This document shows, piece after piece, positions 40,704 to 50,552 of a DNA stretch of 64,000 bases. The stretch comes from an uncultured Chloroflexia bacterium (lineage in GTDB: Bacteria > Chloroflexota > Anaerolineae > CG2-30-64-16). The position numbers and the translations under genes are program-made. The number at the start of each line of letters is the position of its first letter. Position 1 is the first letter of the stretch. The DNA lies in the NCBI GenBank assembly GCA_963774265.1, contig CAVZDU010000001.1, forward strand, positions 96,001-160,000. Reading direction: 5' to 3'. The notes beneath the pieces were generated by a model, which did no database searches, was not told the DNA's origin, and saw only the letters and a program-made list of their open reading frames with translations.

Positions 40704-42260
40704 CTAATCGGTGAGCGCGGCTGTCACCGAGTTGCCGATCTCACCGCTGACAAGCAGGTCGTAGACGGCATCCATGTGCGGATACATCACTTCGTCGCGC
40801 TCGATGAATGGCACGCGTCCACGCACGAGTTCGTAAGCGGCCGCAGTTCCGCAGCCCAGTTGGGCCTCGGGCATCACCTTCCGCCTGAAGTCGATGCCCT
40901 GGCTCGCAGCCAACAACTCGATCGCCACAATTCGCCCGACGTTGCCGATGATCTGCCGCGCCCGGCGCCCGGCAATCGGTCCGTTGGATACATGATCCTC
41001 CCAGTTGGCCGATGTGGGGATCGTATCCGCGCTGGCCGGATGAACCAGCATCTTGTTCTCGGATGCGAGCGCCGCCGCGGTGTACTGAACCAGCATGAAC
41101 CCGGAGTTCAGCCCGCCCTGTTCGGTCAGAAAGTCGGGCAGGGTCTGGCGATTGCTGGAGCCATCCACCAGCCGCGTCAGGCGCCGCTCCGACATGTTGC
41201 CCAGCTCGGTGATCCCCAGCGCGAGATAGTCAAACGCGATGGCCAGCGGCTCCCCGTGGAAGTTGCCCCCGCTGATGGCAATCGGCGAACCATCGGATTC
41301 AAAGAAGATGAGGGGATTATCGGTCGCACTGTTCAGCTCGATTTCAACCACCCACCGCGTATACTTGATTGCATCGTGGCACGCGCCATGCACCTGGGGG
41401 ATGCAGCGCAAGGTGTAAGCATCTTGCACGTCCGGGTGGTCCGGCGGGCGGACAAAAGTGGAGCCTTTGAGCAACCGCCGCATCAACGCGGCCGCATCGA
41501 TCTGCCTGGGGTGCGGTCTGGCAAGGTGAAGCCGTGCGTCCAACGCCCACAGCGTGCCATGCAACGCCTCCAGGCTCAAGCCACCGGCCACATCAGCGCA
41601 TAAGGCCACATTTTCAGCCTCGACCACCGCCAGGCAGCCGAGTGCGGCCATGAGCGCGGTGCCGTTCGTCAACGCCAGGCCCTCTTTCGCCTCCAATGTG
41701 ACGGGGCCGAGCCCGGCCTGGCGCAGCGCCTCGTCACCCTTCATGCGCCGTCCCTTGTACTCTGCTTCGCCGAGACCAATCAGGACCAGTGCGATGTGGG
41801 CCAGGGGCGCCAGGTCACCCGACGCGCCCAGGGAACCCTGCACCGGCACGATGGGATGAACCCCGCGCTCGAGCATAGCGAGCAGCAGGCGAAGCGTTTC
41901 AAGACGGATGCCCGAGTGACCCTTGGCCAGCGTGTTCGCGCGAATCAGCATCATTGCGCGCACGACCGCGGTGTCAAAAGGCCGGCCCACACCCACCGCA
42001 TGGCTCATGACGATGTTCCGTTGTAAAGCGCGCACCTGGTCTGGGGGAATCACCCGGTCCTTGAACGCCCCGAAGCCCGTTGTAATGCCGTAAATGATCC
42101 GGTCCTCGGCCACGAACTGCTCGACCGCTGTGCGCGCGGCCTGCACCTTCGCCTCAGCGCCGGCCGTCAGCTTAACCGTTAGCTCGTCCGCCTTTGCGTG
42201 GGCCGCCAGCAGCACATCTTCAATCGACAGGCTTTCACCGTCCAGTTCAAGGTGATACAA
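40704..42260 (-). CDS. hutH: Histidine ammonia-lyase
   Basis: YGITTGFG, MSH specificity residues, GSLGASGDLAPLAH (MIO); TTG start after AAGGAGG. Confidence 0.95.
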   Translation of the reverse strand: MYHLELDGESLSIEDVLLAAHAKADELTVKLTAGAEAKVQAARTAVEQFVAEDRIIYGITTGFGAFKDRVIPPDQVRALQRNIVMSHAVGVGRPFDTAVVRAMMLIRANTLAKGHSGIRLETLRLLLAMLERGVHPIVPVQGSLGASGDLAPLAHIALVLIGLGEAEYKGRRMKGDEALRQAGLGPVTLEAKEGLALTNGTALMAALGCLAVVEAENVALCADVAGGLSLEALHGTLWALDARLHLARPHPRQIDAAALMRRLLKGSTFVRPPDHPDVQDAYTLRCIPQVHGACHDAIKYTRWVVEIELNSATDNPLIFFESDGSPIAISGGNFHGEPLAIAFDYLALGITELGNMSERRLTRLVDGSSNRQTLPDFLTEQGGLNSGFMLVQYTAAALASENKMLVHPASADTIPTSANWEDHVSNGPIAGRRARQIIGNVGRIVAIELLAASQGIDFRRKVMPEAQLGCGTAAAYELVRGRVPFIERDEVMYPHMDAVYDLLVSGEIGNSVTAALTD

Positions 42261-42289
42261 CGCAGCCCTCCTTTGGACTGTTTTGGCGA

Positions 42290-42742
42290 TCAAGGGGCGG
42301 CTATCTGCCGTGCACGCTCGATCATGGCGCGTGTTGCCGGCAGAAGCGGATAAGCATCGAGATCATCGGCGGAAACCCAGCACAACTCGGCCGCATCGTC
42401 GCCTACCACTAAATCGCCCCCCGAATAGGTCGCCAGGTAGTCAATCACCACGTAATGATAGCGGATTCTGCCATCATCGTCACGTTGGATCGGCTCAAAA
42501 ACACCCAGCAGCGGACCGACCGCCACTTCGATGCCGCACTCCTCCCGCACCTCGCGGCGCACGGCCTCTTCCAGCTTCTCGCCAACGTCGACAAGACCAC
42601 CAGGCAGCGCCCACGAGCCTTGCGCAGGCGGCTGTCCGCGGCGCTCCAACAACACCGCGCCATCGCGCCACACCACCGCACCTACGCCCACCATCGGGCG
42701 CCGCGGGTACAACCGCTCAGAGCGATCCTCGGCCATCGTCAT
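42290..42742 (-). CDS. Nudix hydrolase
   Basis: Nudix box GGLVDVGEKLEEAVRREVREECG. Confidence 0.9.
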   Translation of the reverse strand: MTMAEDRSERLYPRRPMVGVGAVVWRDGAVLLERRGQPPAQGSWALPGGLVDVGEKLEEAVRREVREECGIEVAVGPLLGVFEPIQRDDDGRIRYHYVVIDYLATYSGGDLVVGDDAAELCWVSADDLDAYPLLPATRAMIERARQIAAP

Positions 42743-42752
42743 TCGACCTCGT

Positions 42753-42779
42753 AAAAAAGCCCCTGCTTGCGCAGGGGCT
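42753..42779 (-). terminator. Terminator after ferredoxin
   Basis: AGCCCCTGC...GCAGGGGCT followed by a T-run on the minus strand. Confidence 0.7.
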
Positions 42780-42803
42780 CCGGATAGTCCGCGATCAGAC
42801 CGC

Positions 42804-43082
42804 CTACTTCTTTGCGGAATACCCCGGGCCTTCCTTGAAAAAGGCCGCATTGAGCTCGATGGAACCCACATACTGCGGGAACTCAACCTTGAGATCCTCT
42901 TCCGGTCGGATTGCGTCCACCGGGCATTCAGGCACGCATGCGCCGCAGTCGATGCAGGTGTCCGGGTCGATGTAGAACCAGGGCCACTGATCCTCGGGTT
43001 CACCGGGGATGATGCATTCCACCGGGCAGACCTCTACGCAGGCGCCGTCGCGAATGCACAGGTCAAAGATCACATGAGTCAT
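42804..43082 (-). CDS. Dicluster (7Fe/8Fe) ferredoxin
   Basis: CIRDGACVEVCP and CIDCGACVPECP; AGGAGGAG RBS. Confidence 0.92.
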   Translation of the reverse strand: MTHVIFDLCIRDGACVEVCPVECIIPGEPEDQWPWFYIDPDTCIDCGACVPECPVDAIRPEEDLKVEFPQYVGSIELNAAFFKEGPGYSAKK

Positions 43083-43160
43083 GGCGCTCCTCCTGGGTGT
43101 GAGCTTGTGAGTTGGAATTGCCGAAATAGAAGATTGTGCTCTTTGTGGCAGAGCAAGGCC

Positions 43161-43189
43161 ATTCTAAAACGGCAAGCGAAAGATGTCAA
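43161..43189 (-). promoter_or_regulatory. Ferredoxin promoter
   Basis: TTGACA-17 bp-TAGAAT. Confidence 0.7.
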
Positions 43190-43854
43190 CTGGCGGCTAC
43201 TTCGGCCAGCCTCTCCGGATTGCGGATCGTGATCCGCTTGCGGCCGATTGTGATCAAACCCTGCGCTTTCATGTCGTTCAACACCTGGGTTGCCGTCTCC
43301 CGGTAAGTGCCGATCGTCTCGGCCAGATCCTGGTGCGTCATCCCGAGAATATCGGCCGAGTTGCCTTCGGCCGACAACCGCAGCAGCAGCGACGCCAGGC
43401 GCGCCGGGATACCCTTAAAGGCCATGTCCTCAAGCCGCGACTCAGCGTCGCTCAGCCGCCGGCCGGTGATTTCCAGCATCCGCAAGCCGACCAGCGGTTT
43501 GCCCAGAATCAAGCGCTCCAGGTCAGTCCGGCTCATCACCAGGATCAGGCAATCGTCCAGCGCTTCTGCAAACGCGTTGTGCATCTGCTGGCCCAACAAG
43601 GCCATTTCGCCAAAGAGCGTCCCGGGTCCCAGCGTCGCGATGACCAGTTTTTTGCCCTCGGGCGAGATGCGATATAGCTGCACCTTTCCCTGCTTGATCA
43701 GGAACAGGACTTCGCTCACGTCTTCCGGCTGATAGAAAACCCGGCCGCGCGGGACGTTGGTGATGGTCGTCATGCGGTCCAGTTCCGCCATGTCGCGATC
43801 AGACAGGTCCCGGAACAGGTCCACATCCGACAGATAGCCGAGCTTGTCATCCAT
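43186..43854 (-). CDS. Crp/Fnr-family transcriptional regulator
   Basis: cNMP-binding fold (GTLFGEMAL) and [20 protein letters not shown]. Confidence 0.92.
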   Translation of the reverse strand: MDDKLGYLSDVDLFRDLSDRDMAELDRMTTITNVPRGRVFYQPEDVSEVLFLIKQGKVQLYRISPEGKKLVIATLGPGTLFGEMALLGQQMHNAFAEALDDCLILVMSRTDLERLILGKPLVGLRMLEITGRRLSDAESRLEDMAFKGIPARLASLLLRLSAEGNSADILGMTHQDLAETIGTYRETATQVLNDMKAQGLITIGRKRITIRNPERLAEVAAS

Positions 43855-43980
43855 GCTGGCCTCCGCAGATAACAGTTGGCACCGTAGTTACTCCGCCATT
43901 ATAAGGGGAGCAGGGCCAAATCACAAGACGAAACAGATCCGGCCATTTCCATTTCGCGCACCCCGTGTATAATGTCACCC

Positions 43981-45399
43981 ATGAATGAGCCATCCTCTGC
44001 CTGGCAGCCACTTCTCCGCAGGCTTGATGCCCTGCTTCTGGCCATCCTGGTGATCGCCCGCATTCGCATCGACTCGCTGGCCGAGGCCGCTGTGCTGCCC
44101 CTCCGTCAGGCCGATATCGCCAGGCATGCGTTGCTCGGCCGGATCTTGTCCCCCGATGCCATGAACTTGCTGGCTCAGCAGCAACTCGTCGACCCCCTTG
44201 CCCTGCTGATCATTGTTGCGGCCTTAGGCTGCCTGCTGGCATATCTGCTCGTCGACGAGTTCCTCCGTGGCGAGCTTGCGCGCCACCGCGCCAAACTGAC
44301 GCTCATCTGGCTGATTATCCTGCTGACAGTCTTCTTGCCCAGCCTCAAACTCGCCCTCTTGCGCCAGGCCAGCGGGCCGGCCAGTTACAGCCATGACGGC
44401 GGCGTGATTCAAACCGAGGCCGCGATCGACTATCTTCTCGCGGGCCGCAACCCCTACATCGAAGACTATCTGAACACACCCATGGCCGAATGGGGCATCA
44501 ACGAGTTCCGCACCGCGCTGTACCACTACCCGTACTTGCCCTGGACCTTTCTCTTCTCCGCACCATTCAAACTCGCGTCCGAGGCCGCTCTCGGGTGGTA
44601 CGATCAGCGCTTCGTCTACCTCCTGTTGTTTGCATTGACCCTGTTGCTGCTGCCGCGGCTTGCAGGAACACGCACGCGCAGCCTGCTGCTCGTCATGTTG
44701 GTCGGCCTGAACCCTCTCATGGGCACTGACCTGATCTACGGCCAAAACGACAGCTTCGTCTTCGCATGGATCGTGCTCAGCCTGTGGTTGTGGGCGCGGG
44801 GACGCTCGAACGCATCATCTGGCACACCGTGGCGCATCACGTCTGCACTCGCCTTCGGCCTGGCCTGCGCCAGCAAGCCAACGGCGTGGTTCTTTGCACC
44901 GTTCTACCTGTTGTGGATCGTCGGCAGCGAGACCGCGAGCGTCGGAGCCTGGATTCGCAAAGCTGTGCGCCTGGGTTGGCCGGCCTTGGCGGCCGCACTG
45001 CTGGTCATCGGCCCATATTTCATCTGGAGCCCTGGCGCGATGTTCGATGATGTGTGGAAATGGTCCGCAGGCACATCGGAGACCGGCTATCAGATCTGGG
45101 GCTGGGGGGCCTCGAATCTCGTCCTGGCGTTCGGGTGGGTCAAGAGCCGATTCGACATGTGGCCCTTCTGGATAGGAGAGCTTCTTCTGGCGGGACCGCT
45201 CATGGGGGCTTTGCTGTGGCGCCAGTGGCAAGAAAACCGGCTCGGCCGCGCCTTGTGGAGCTACGGGGTCTTCCTTTTGGCCTTCTTCTTCGTCTCGCGC
45301 TTCTTGAACGAGAACTACCTGAGTTACATCCTTGCCTTCCTGGTTCTGGGCGCGCTGATCCGGGAAGATGCCGGCGCCCACACAGCAAATGAGGGCTGA
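43981..45399 (+). CDS. GT-C (GT87/DUF2029-like) membrane glycosyltransferase
   Basis: Polytopic; HDGG...LLAGRNPY, YPYLP, GQND, ACASK motifs. Confidence 0.7.
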   Translation: MNEPSSAWQPLLRRLDALLLAILVIARIRIDSLAEAAVLPLRQADIARHALLGRILSPDAMNLLAQQQLVDPLALLIIVAALGCLLAYLLVDEFLRGELARHRAKLTLIWLIILLTVFLPSLKLALLRQASGPASYSHDGGVIQTEAAIDYLLAGRNPYIEDYLNTPMAEWGINEFRTALYHYPYLPWTFLFSAPFKLASEAALGWYDQRFVYLLLFALTLLLLPRLAGTRTRSLLLVMLVGLNPLMGTDLIYGQNDSFVFAWIVLSLWLWARGRSNASSGTPWRITSALAFGLACASKPTAWFFAPFYLLWIVGSETASVGAWIRKAVRLGWPALAAALLVIGPYFIWSPGAMFDDVWKWSAGTSETGYQIWGWGASNLVLAFGWVKSRFDMWPFWIGELLLAGPLMGALLWRQWQENRLGRALWSYGVFLLAFFFVSRFLNENYLSYILAFLVLGALIREDAGAHTANEG

Positions 45400-45458
45400 T
45401 GCACTCAGGGGTGCGCGTCAGCCCTCATTGTTAACCTGACTGGACCGGGCTTCTTGCC

Positions 45459-46355
45459 CTACCTGTCTCTATTGCGTGGCGCGAGCTGCTTCAGCGTGGT
45501 CTGCACATCGGCCAGCTGGTCTCGCAGCGTATCTGAGTAGATCCGCAGGAAGTGATCCGTATGAGCAGCCCAGGTAGCGCCCCTGTTCGGGTCGGCCAGC
45601 ACCAGGGCCTGCGACAGCGCGTGCAGCGTGGCCGCCGCGGCAGTCCACGAAGGCAGAATCCCGATCGTGTCAACCGGCGCATACAAGACGTGCTGCGCGA
45701 CGGAGGCAATCGCGTTCGTGGCTGAGCCGGCAATCGCGACGGTTTTTGCACCCACATCGCGCGCCACCTTCAGGATCACAGCAACCCCCGGGGTCATCGT
45801 GGTCATGCCAATGCAAAGCACGGCGTCCTTAGAGGTGAGCGTGGTAGACATGGCCGCCTGCCCTGCCAATTCCGATGGAACCGGGTGGGCCGCATAACCA
45901 AGGCTGACCAGTCGACCAACGAACGCTTCGCACAGAAAGGAGAGGTTGCCTTCGCCTGCGACAAAGATGCGCTGCGCACTCTGAAGCACCTTGACGATGC
46001 TCTCAACCGTCTCCTCATCGAAGTGCAGCAGGGAGTAGTCGAGGTTGTTGCGGTCCTGCATCAGGTTGCGGCGAAAGACCTGGGTGGGCGAGTTGTCGCC
46101 CTCAGGCGGCTCATACACCGCCTGCAGGTCGCGCTTGACCTCATCCTGAACTTCGTTGATCAGTTCAGGGAAGCCAGGGTAGCCAAGGCGTTGTGCGAAG
46201 CGAACGACCAGCGCCGTATCGACGTCAACGAGACGGGCGATCTCCGCGGCGGTCATAAATGCCGCGTCCTGGTAGTGGTTCAGCAAATAATCGGCGATCC
46301 GCCGATATCCGGGGGAGAATTGGCCATATAGGGCGCGAATACCTTCTCTGAACAC
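45459..46355 (-). CDS. MurR/RpiR-family transcriptional regulator
   Basis: RRIADYLL, VVRFAQRLGYPGFPEL, SIS domain; GTG start after GGAG. Confidence 0.9.
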   Translation of the reverse strand: MFREGIRALYGQFSPGYRRIADYLLNHYQDAAFMTAAEIARLVDVDTALVVRFAQRLGYPGFPELINEVQDEVKRDLQAVYEPPEGDNSPTQVFRRNLMQDRNNLDYSLLHFDEETVESIVKVLQSAQRIFVAGEGNLSFLCEAFVGRLVSLGYAAHPVPSELAGQAAMSTTLTSKDAVLCIGMTTMTPGVAVILKVARDVGAKTVAIAGSATNAIASVAQHVLYAPVDTIGILPSWTAAAATLHALSQALVLADPNRGATWAAHTDHFLRIYSDTLRDQLADVQTTLKQLAPRNRDR

Positions 46356-46381
46356 TGCAATACTCCATTGGGGGATGGATG

Positions 46382-47206
46382 TCAGGATAACTCCGACAGG
46401 GCATGAGCGATCTCGGCCGATCGCTTGGAAGCAGCTTCCGGTTGTTGTTGGGCCAGCGTTTGGGCGATGGCGGTGCATAAAGCATACAGACTGGTCAGGC
46501 TGGGAAGCCCGTCTTCGGTTTCGCCGGGCGCGTAAAGCAGGTGCTCAGCCGATCTTGCAGCCTGGCTGCTCAGGCTGGGAGTGCAGGCAAGCGTCACTGC
46601 GCCTTCACTGCGCGCATAACGCAGCACCCGGGCGACCCCGGATGCCCCTTCCACCGGCGTCATACCGATAACAACCTCTTTGCGCACAACGTGACTCAAG
46701 GCCGCTGCGCGTTCATAGACATCGCCGGAGGCGTACACCACAGGCAGACCTGCTTCACGCAGAGTGGCAGCGAACGATTCAGCCAACGGCGCCGCGGAGG
46801 CTTCACCGGTCACCACGATACGCGGTGCGGCGCGCAGCATATCGATGATATTCTCCAATGAATCCGGTGTGTTATGCGCCAAGGCTTTTTCCAGATTGGC
46901 GCGATCCTTGGCGACGAACGACTGGATCCTGCCGTATAGGCCGCCATCGTCTGTGGGGATGGCGTATGTCTGGCTCAATTCAAGCTTGACCTGCACTTGA
47001 ATATCTTCGATCAGTTCGGGGAAGCCCGGATAACCCAACCGTTGGGCAAACCGGACAACTGTCGTTGTGTCCACATCCACGGCGTCTGCCAGCGCGGCCG
47101 CGGTCATGAATGCTGCGGTGCGGTAGTCGCTGAGGATAAAGTCAGCAACCCGGCGGTAGCTGCGAGACAGATGGTCATAGTGTTTGCGGATCTGCTCTCG
47201 AAACAT
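46382..47206 (-). CDS. MurR/RpiR-family transcriptional regulator (tandem paralog)
   Basis: RRVADFIL, VVRFAQRLGYPGFPEL, SIS domain. Confidence 0.9.
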   Translation of the reverse strand: MFREQIRKHYDHLSRSYRRVADFILSDYRTAAFMTAAALADAVDVDTTTVVRFAQRLGYPGFPELIEDIQVQVKLELSQTYAIPTDDGGLYGRIQSFVAKDRANLEKALAHNTPDSLENIIDMLRAAPRIVVTGEASAAPLAESFAATLREAGLPVVYASGDVYERAAALSHVVRKEVVIGMTPVEGASGVARVLRYARSEGAVTLACTPSLSSQAARSAEHLLYAPGETEDGLPSLTSLYALCTAIAQTLAQQQPEAASKRSAEIAHALSELS

Positions 47207-47333
47207 GTTTCACCTCGATGGAGTGTCGGACGCGTCCGGTCTCAACCACCAGCCGCTCATTCGCCGCCGACTGGGAATCTACAGTGAAAAGTCCACTATC
47301 AAAGTGGAAAATCCAGTATGAGATTACAGCAAC

Positions 47334-47362
47334 ATAATACATCATCCCTTGCAAGTTGTCAA
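47334..47362 (-). promoter_or_regulatory. Promoter of the tandem rpiR genes
   Basis: TTGACA-17 bp-TATTAT. Confidence 0.65.
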
Positions 47363-47535
47363 ATAGTCTATATGAGAATCTTGGACGATCGCTCCACGTG
47401 CAAGGACTCCTGCTGATGTCGAGAGGATACTACGACTTTCACTGTTTGAGCGTGTAGCCATGCCAGGAGATTCCGACGAACCTTTTGACACTGTCTCAAC
47501 TCTCGGCTATTCTTGTCCAAGTGATTCAAACGTTC

Positions 47536-48579
47536 ATGATTTCGTTACGTTACGCACAAGTGTGTGGCGTTTTGCTGGCGGTCCTGCTCACCGGACTGCT
47601 TGCCACTGGCTGCGCCGTCACGACCAGCACACCCGCCGCGCCGGTTGGCGTTGCACCCTCAGAGACGGCCAGGGGGCTGACCCTGAACCCGGCCCAGGTT
47701 ACACCGGGCGCGACCCCATCGACCACTCCGGTCGCGCCGACCGCCACCGCGTCAGCCACGCCAACAGCTGCACCGACCCGGACACCCACCCCACCTCCGA
47801 CGGCAACGGCCGCGGCGACAGCCACGGCGACGGCCGCCCCGACCGCGACCGCCACTCCCACGACGGGGCCCACCCCCGATGGCCTTGTGCGCGGCCTCAA
47901 GGTCCCCATTCTGATGTACCATTATGTTTCCCAGCCGCCCGCAGACGCCGACGTCTACCGGCGCGATTTGTCCGTCACGCCCGAACGCTTTTCCGAGCAT
48001 CTCCGCTACCTTCAGGACGCCGACTATACATCCATCACACTCGACGATCTGCTTTACGCGCTGGCACAGGGAAAGCCCCTCCCCAACAAACCTGTCGTGC
48101 TGACATTCGACGATGGTTACGCGGACAACTACGAAAACGCCTTCCCCTTGCTGAGCGCGCATGGCTTCATCGGGCACTTTTTCATCATTACGGATTTCGT
48201 CAACCAGGGACGGGATGGCTACCTCTCATGGCAACAGATCGAGGAGATGGCCGCGGCAGGCCAGCGCTTTGGCTCGCACAGCCGCGATCATCCTAACCTG
48301 AGCAGCCAATCTGTCGACTACCTGGTATGGCAAGCCTTGGGGAGTAAAGAGGCCATCGAGGAGCACCTGGGCTACCACCCGCGGTGGATCGCCTATCCCT
48401 CCGGGGAATATGACAGCCAGGCGATCGCCGTGTATCACTCTGCCGGCTATTGGGGCGGTCTGACGACACAGCAGGGCACAGCGCACTCGCTCGACGAAAT
48501 CTTCGAACTGCGCCGCATCCGTATCCGCGGTGCGCACACCGCGGACGACCTGGCCACTCTGCTCGCGCTCGATTGGTAA
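47536..48579 (+). CDS. Polysaccharide deacetylase lipoprotein
   Basis: Lipobox ATGC, T/A/P-rich linker, PILMYH, TFDDGY, SHSRDH, AYPSG. Confidence 0.88.
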   Translation: MISLRYAQVCGVLLAVLLTGLLATGCAVTTSTPAAPVGVAPSETARGLTLNPAQVTPGATPSTTPVAPTATASATPTAAPTRTPTPPPTATAAATATATAAPTATATPTTGPTPDGLVRGLKVPILMYHYVSQPPADADVYRRDLSVTPERFSEHLRYLQDADYTSITLDDLLYALAQGKPLPNKPVVLTFDDGYADNYENAFPLLSAHGFIGHFFIITDFVNQGRDGYLSWQQIEEMAAAGQRFGSHSRDHPNLSSQSVDYLVWQALGSKEAIEEHLGYHPRWIAYPSGEYDSQAIAVYHSAGYWGGLTTQQGTAHSLDEIFELRRIRIRGAHTADDLATLLALDW

Positions 48580-48586
48580 CCCGCGC

Positions 48587-49360
48587 CTAGCGCTTCTCTG
48601 CAATCGCGATAATCGATGTGCCGAACGGCAGGCTCACGCGGCGCAGAAGGGCCACCTCCACTTTGCCTACGAACGTCAGGAACGCGTTCAGCGCCGGCGA
48701 GGCGGGTTCCATCTCCACCTGGTACGCGTCTTCGTCGAAGTGCGGTGAGGCCAACTCCGGCTCGGCCCGACCCCGGCGAAGCAGGATGAGCAGCGCGGCC
48801 AGGGGGAACACAAAGAAGTTGTTGTAAGAGATCCGCAGAACCCGAAAGCCGTGTGTTTCCAGCTTGCCGCGGAGTTCGGCGACCGTATAGCGCCGCTGGT
48901 GCATGTTGATGACGTCGTTCTGGCTCCATAGAAACATGAAAGCCGGCACAGTGACGAGGAGCCGTCCGCCAGGCTGGCCGCCCTGGGGGCTGCGCAGCAC
49001 GCGCCTGCATTCCTCGAACACCTGCCCTTCGGCCGGCACATGCTCCACCGTGTCCAGCACTGTCAGCAGATCGAACTCCGCATCGTCGAACGGCAGTGCA
49101 TCGGCCAGCCCCTGGCGCACGTCCAGCCCGCGTTGCAGCGCAACTTCCAGAGGCTTCGGGTTGTTGTCCACGCCGATCACGTGCCCGTAATGGCTCAAGT
49201 GGTGCATCATGTTCCCGGCACCGCACCCAACATCGAGGACGCGCAGCGAGCGCCCCGCGCCCACATACCGGTCGAGATAAGCAAGGATCGCGCGCGTGCG
49301 CGAGGCAAACCACCAATGCTTGTCTTCTTCGAGCACCGTTAGCATCGGGGTAGCGGTCAT
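48587..49360 (-). CDS. Class I SAM-dependent methyltransferase
   Basis: EDKHWWF, VLDVGCGAG, LDTVEH, HQRRY. Confidence 0.88.
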   Translation of the reverse strand: MTATPMLTVLEEDKHWWFASRTRAILAYLDRYVGAGRSLRVLDVGCGAGNMMHHLSHYGHVIGVDNNPKPLEVALQRGLDVRQGLADALPFDDAEFDLLTVLDTVEHVPAEGQVFEECRRVLRSPQGGQPGGRLLVTVPAFMFLWSQNDVINMHQRRYTVAELRGKLETHGFRVLRISYNNFFVFPLAALLILLRRGRAEPELASPHFDEDAYQVEMEPASPALNAFLTFVGKVEVALLRRVSLPFGTSIIAIAEKR

Positions 49361-49370
49361 AGATAGCTCC

Positions 49371-50552
49371 TTATCGTGCTGCCCTCACTCGAGGGAGCAG
49401 CTTCAACGCGGCGTCAATCACCTGCTCGGGCGAAATCGCTGCCATGCATCCATGCAAGGGCAGCGCGGCAATCGACCAGTCAAGCCGGTCGCACGGCGCA
49501 CAGGTAAAGGGCGAGGTGAGCACGAGATGGCGCATCGAGGAGCCCCAGGGCCCGAACTTCGAGGCCGGGACCGGCCCGTACAGGTGCACCGTCGCAGCAT
49601 CCACCGCCACCGCCAGGTGCAGCGGCCCGGAATCTGACCCCAACACGAGATCACATCGCTCGTAGAGGGCGGCCAACTGCCCCAGCGTTGTCTGGCCGGC
49701 CAAATCAAGAGCAGGCGACTGCATTCCCCCGGCGACCCCCGCGGTCAGGCTGCGCTCGCCGGGCCCGCCCGTCAAGACGATCGACCCGTGTTTCGCCTGG
49801 ATCAGGCTTTGGGCCACAGTGGCCCAGTTTGCCAGGGGCCATTGTTTGATCGCCGCGCCCGCGCCCGGGTGGATAGCCACCAACGGCCGGCCGACCTGGC
49901 CCAACCGCTCTGCAGCCCATGCCCGGTCTTCGGCTTGCACCGCGTACTGCGTCGGTCCCAACCTAGCCGTCACCCCGGGAGCCAGCGCCTCCAGCAAAGT
50001 CGCGTTCTGCTGCACTTCGTGTCGACCGGGACGATACGGCAGCGTCTCCGTAAGAAATCGGAGCGTTTCGGGCCAGGCATAGCCTATGCGCCGCGGAATC
50101 CCTGCGGCTGCGGCTAACCACGCACCCCACCAATGATCGAAACGGAGCACGACGGCCGTGTCGAACCGGCCACGCAACTCTCCGGCCGTCTTCGAGAGCA
50201 GCCGATACGGCGCCAGTGCATTCCCCCTTATTTTGCGCTCGAAACCGGGGAAGGCGCACAACGCCACTGCGTCGAGGTCCTTGTTTCCGGCCACGACCTC
50301 CGCGCCCCACGGCCCAACGAGCAGGGTGAGCCGCGCCTCTGGCAAGGCCTCGCGGAGGGCGCGAAGGGCCGGGGTCAAAAACAGCACGTCACCCAGATGA
50401 TCGGGACGGATGAGCAGTACGGAGTGCGGCGCGGTCCAGTCGCGAGGCCGACCATAGAAGATTCCAGCTACACGCAATCCAGCCAGGCGAACATGTTCTA
50501 AAGGTGTGCGCCGCGTGGCAGCGTCCCCGTTCGGCGCTTCCGGGCTTCTCAC
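49371..50552 (-). CDS. Glycosyltransferase family 9 (heptosyltransferase-like)
   Basis: RPDHLGDV, IHPGAGAAIKQWP, SDSGPLHLA; GTGA overlap with the upstream gene. Confidence 0.88.
   Translation of the reverse strand: MRSPEAPNGDAATRRTPLEHVRLAGLRVAGIFYGRPRDWTAPHSVLLIRPDHLGDVLFLTPALRALREALPEARLTLLVGPWGAEVVAGNKDLDAVALCAFPGFERKIRGNALAPYRLLSKTAGELRGRFDTAVVLRFDHWWGAWLAAAAGIPRRIGYAWPETLRFLTETLPYRPGRHEVQQNATLLEALAPGVTARLGPTQYAVQAEDRAWAAERLGQVGRPLVAIHPGAGAAIKQWPLANWATVAQSLIQAKHGSIVLTGGPGERSLTAGVAGGMQSPALDLAGQTTLGQLAALYERCDLVLGSDSGPLHLAVAVDAATVHLYGPVPASKFGPWGSSMRHLVLTSPFTCAPCDRLDWSIAALPLHGCMAAISPEQVIDAALKLLPRVRAAR

Noticed and set aside
47206-47221. parS-like half site TGTTTCAC
   Set aside because: The second half does not match TGTTTCACGTGAAACA; no convincing parS was found in the window.
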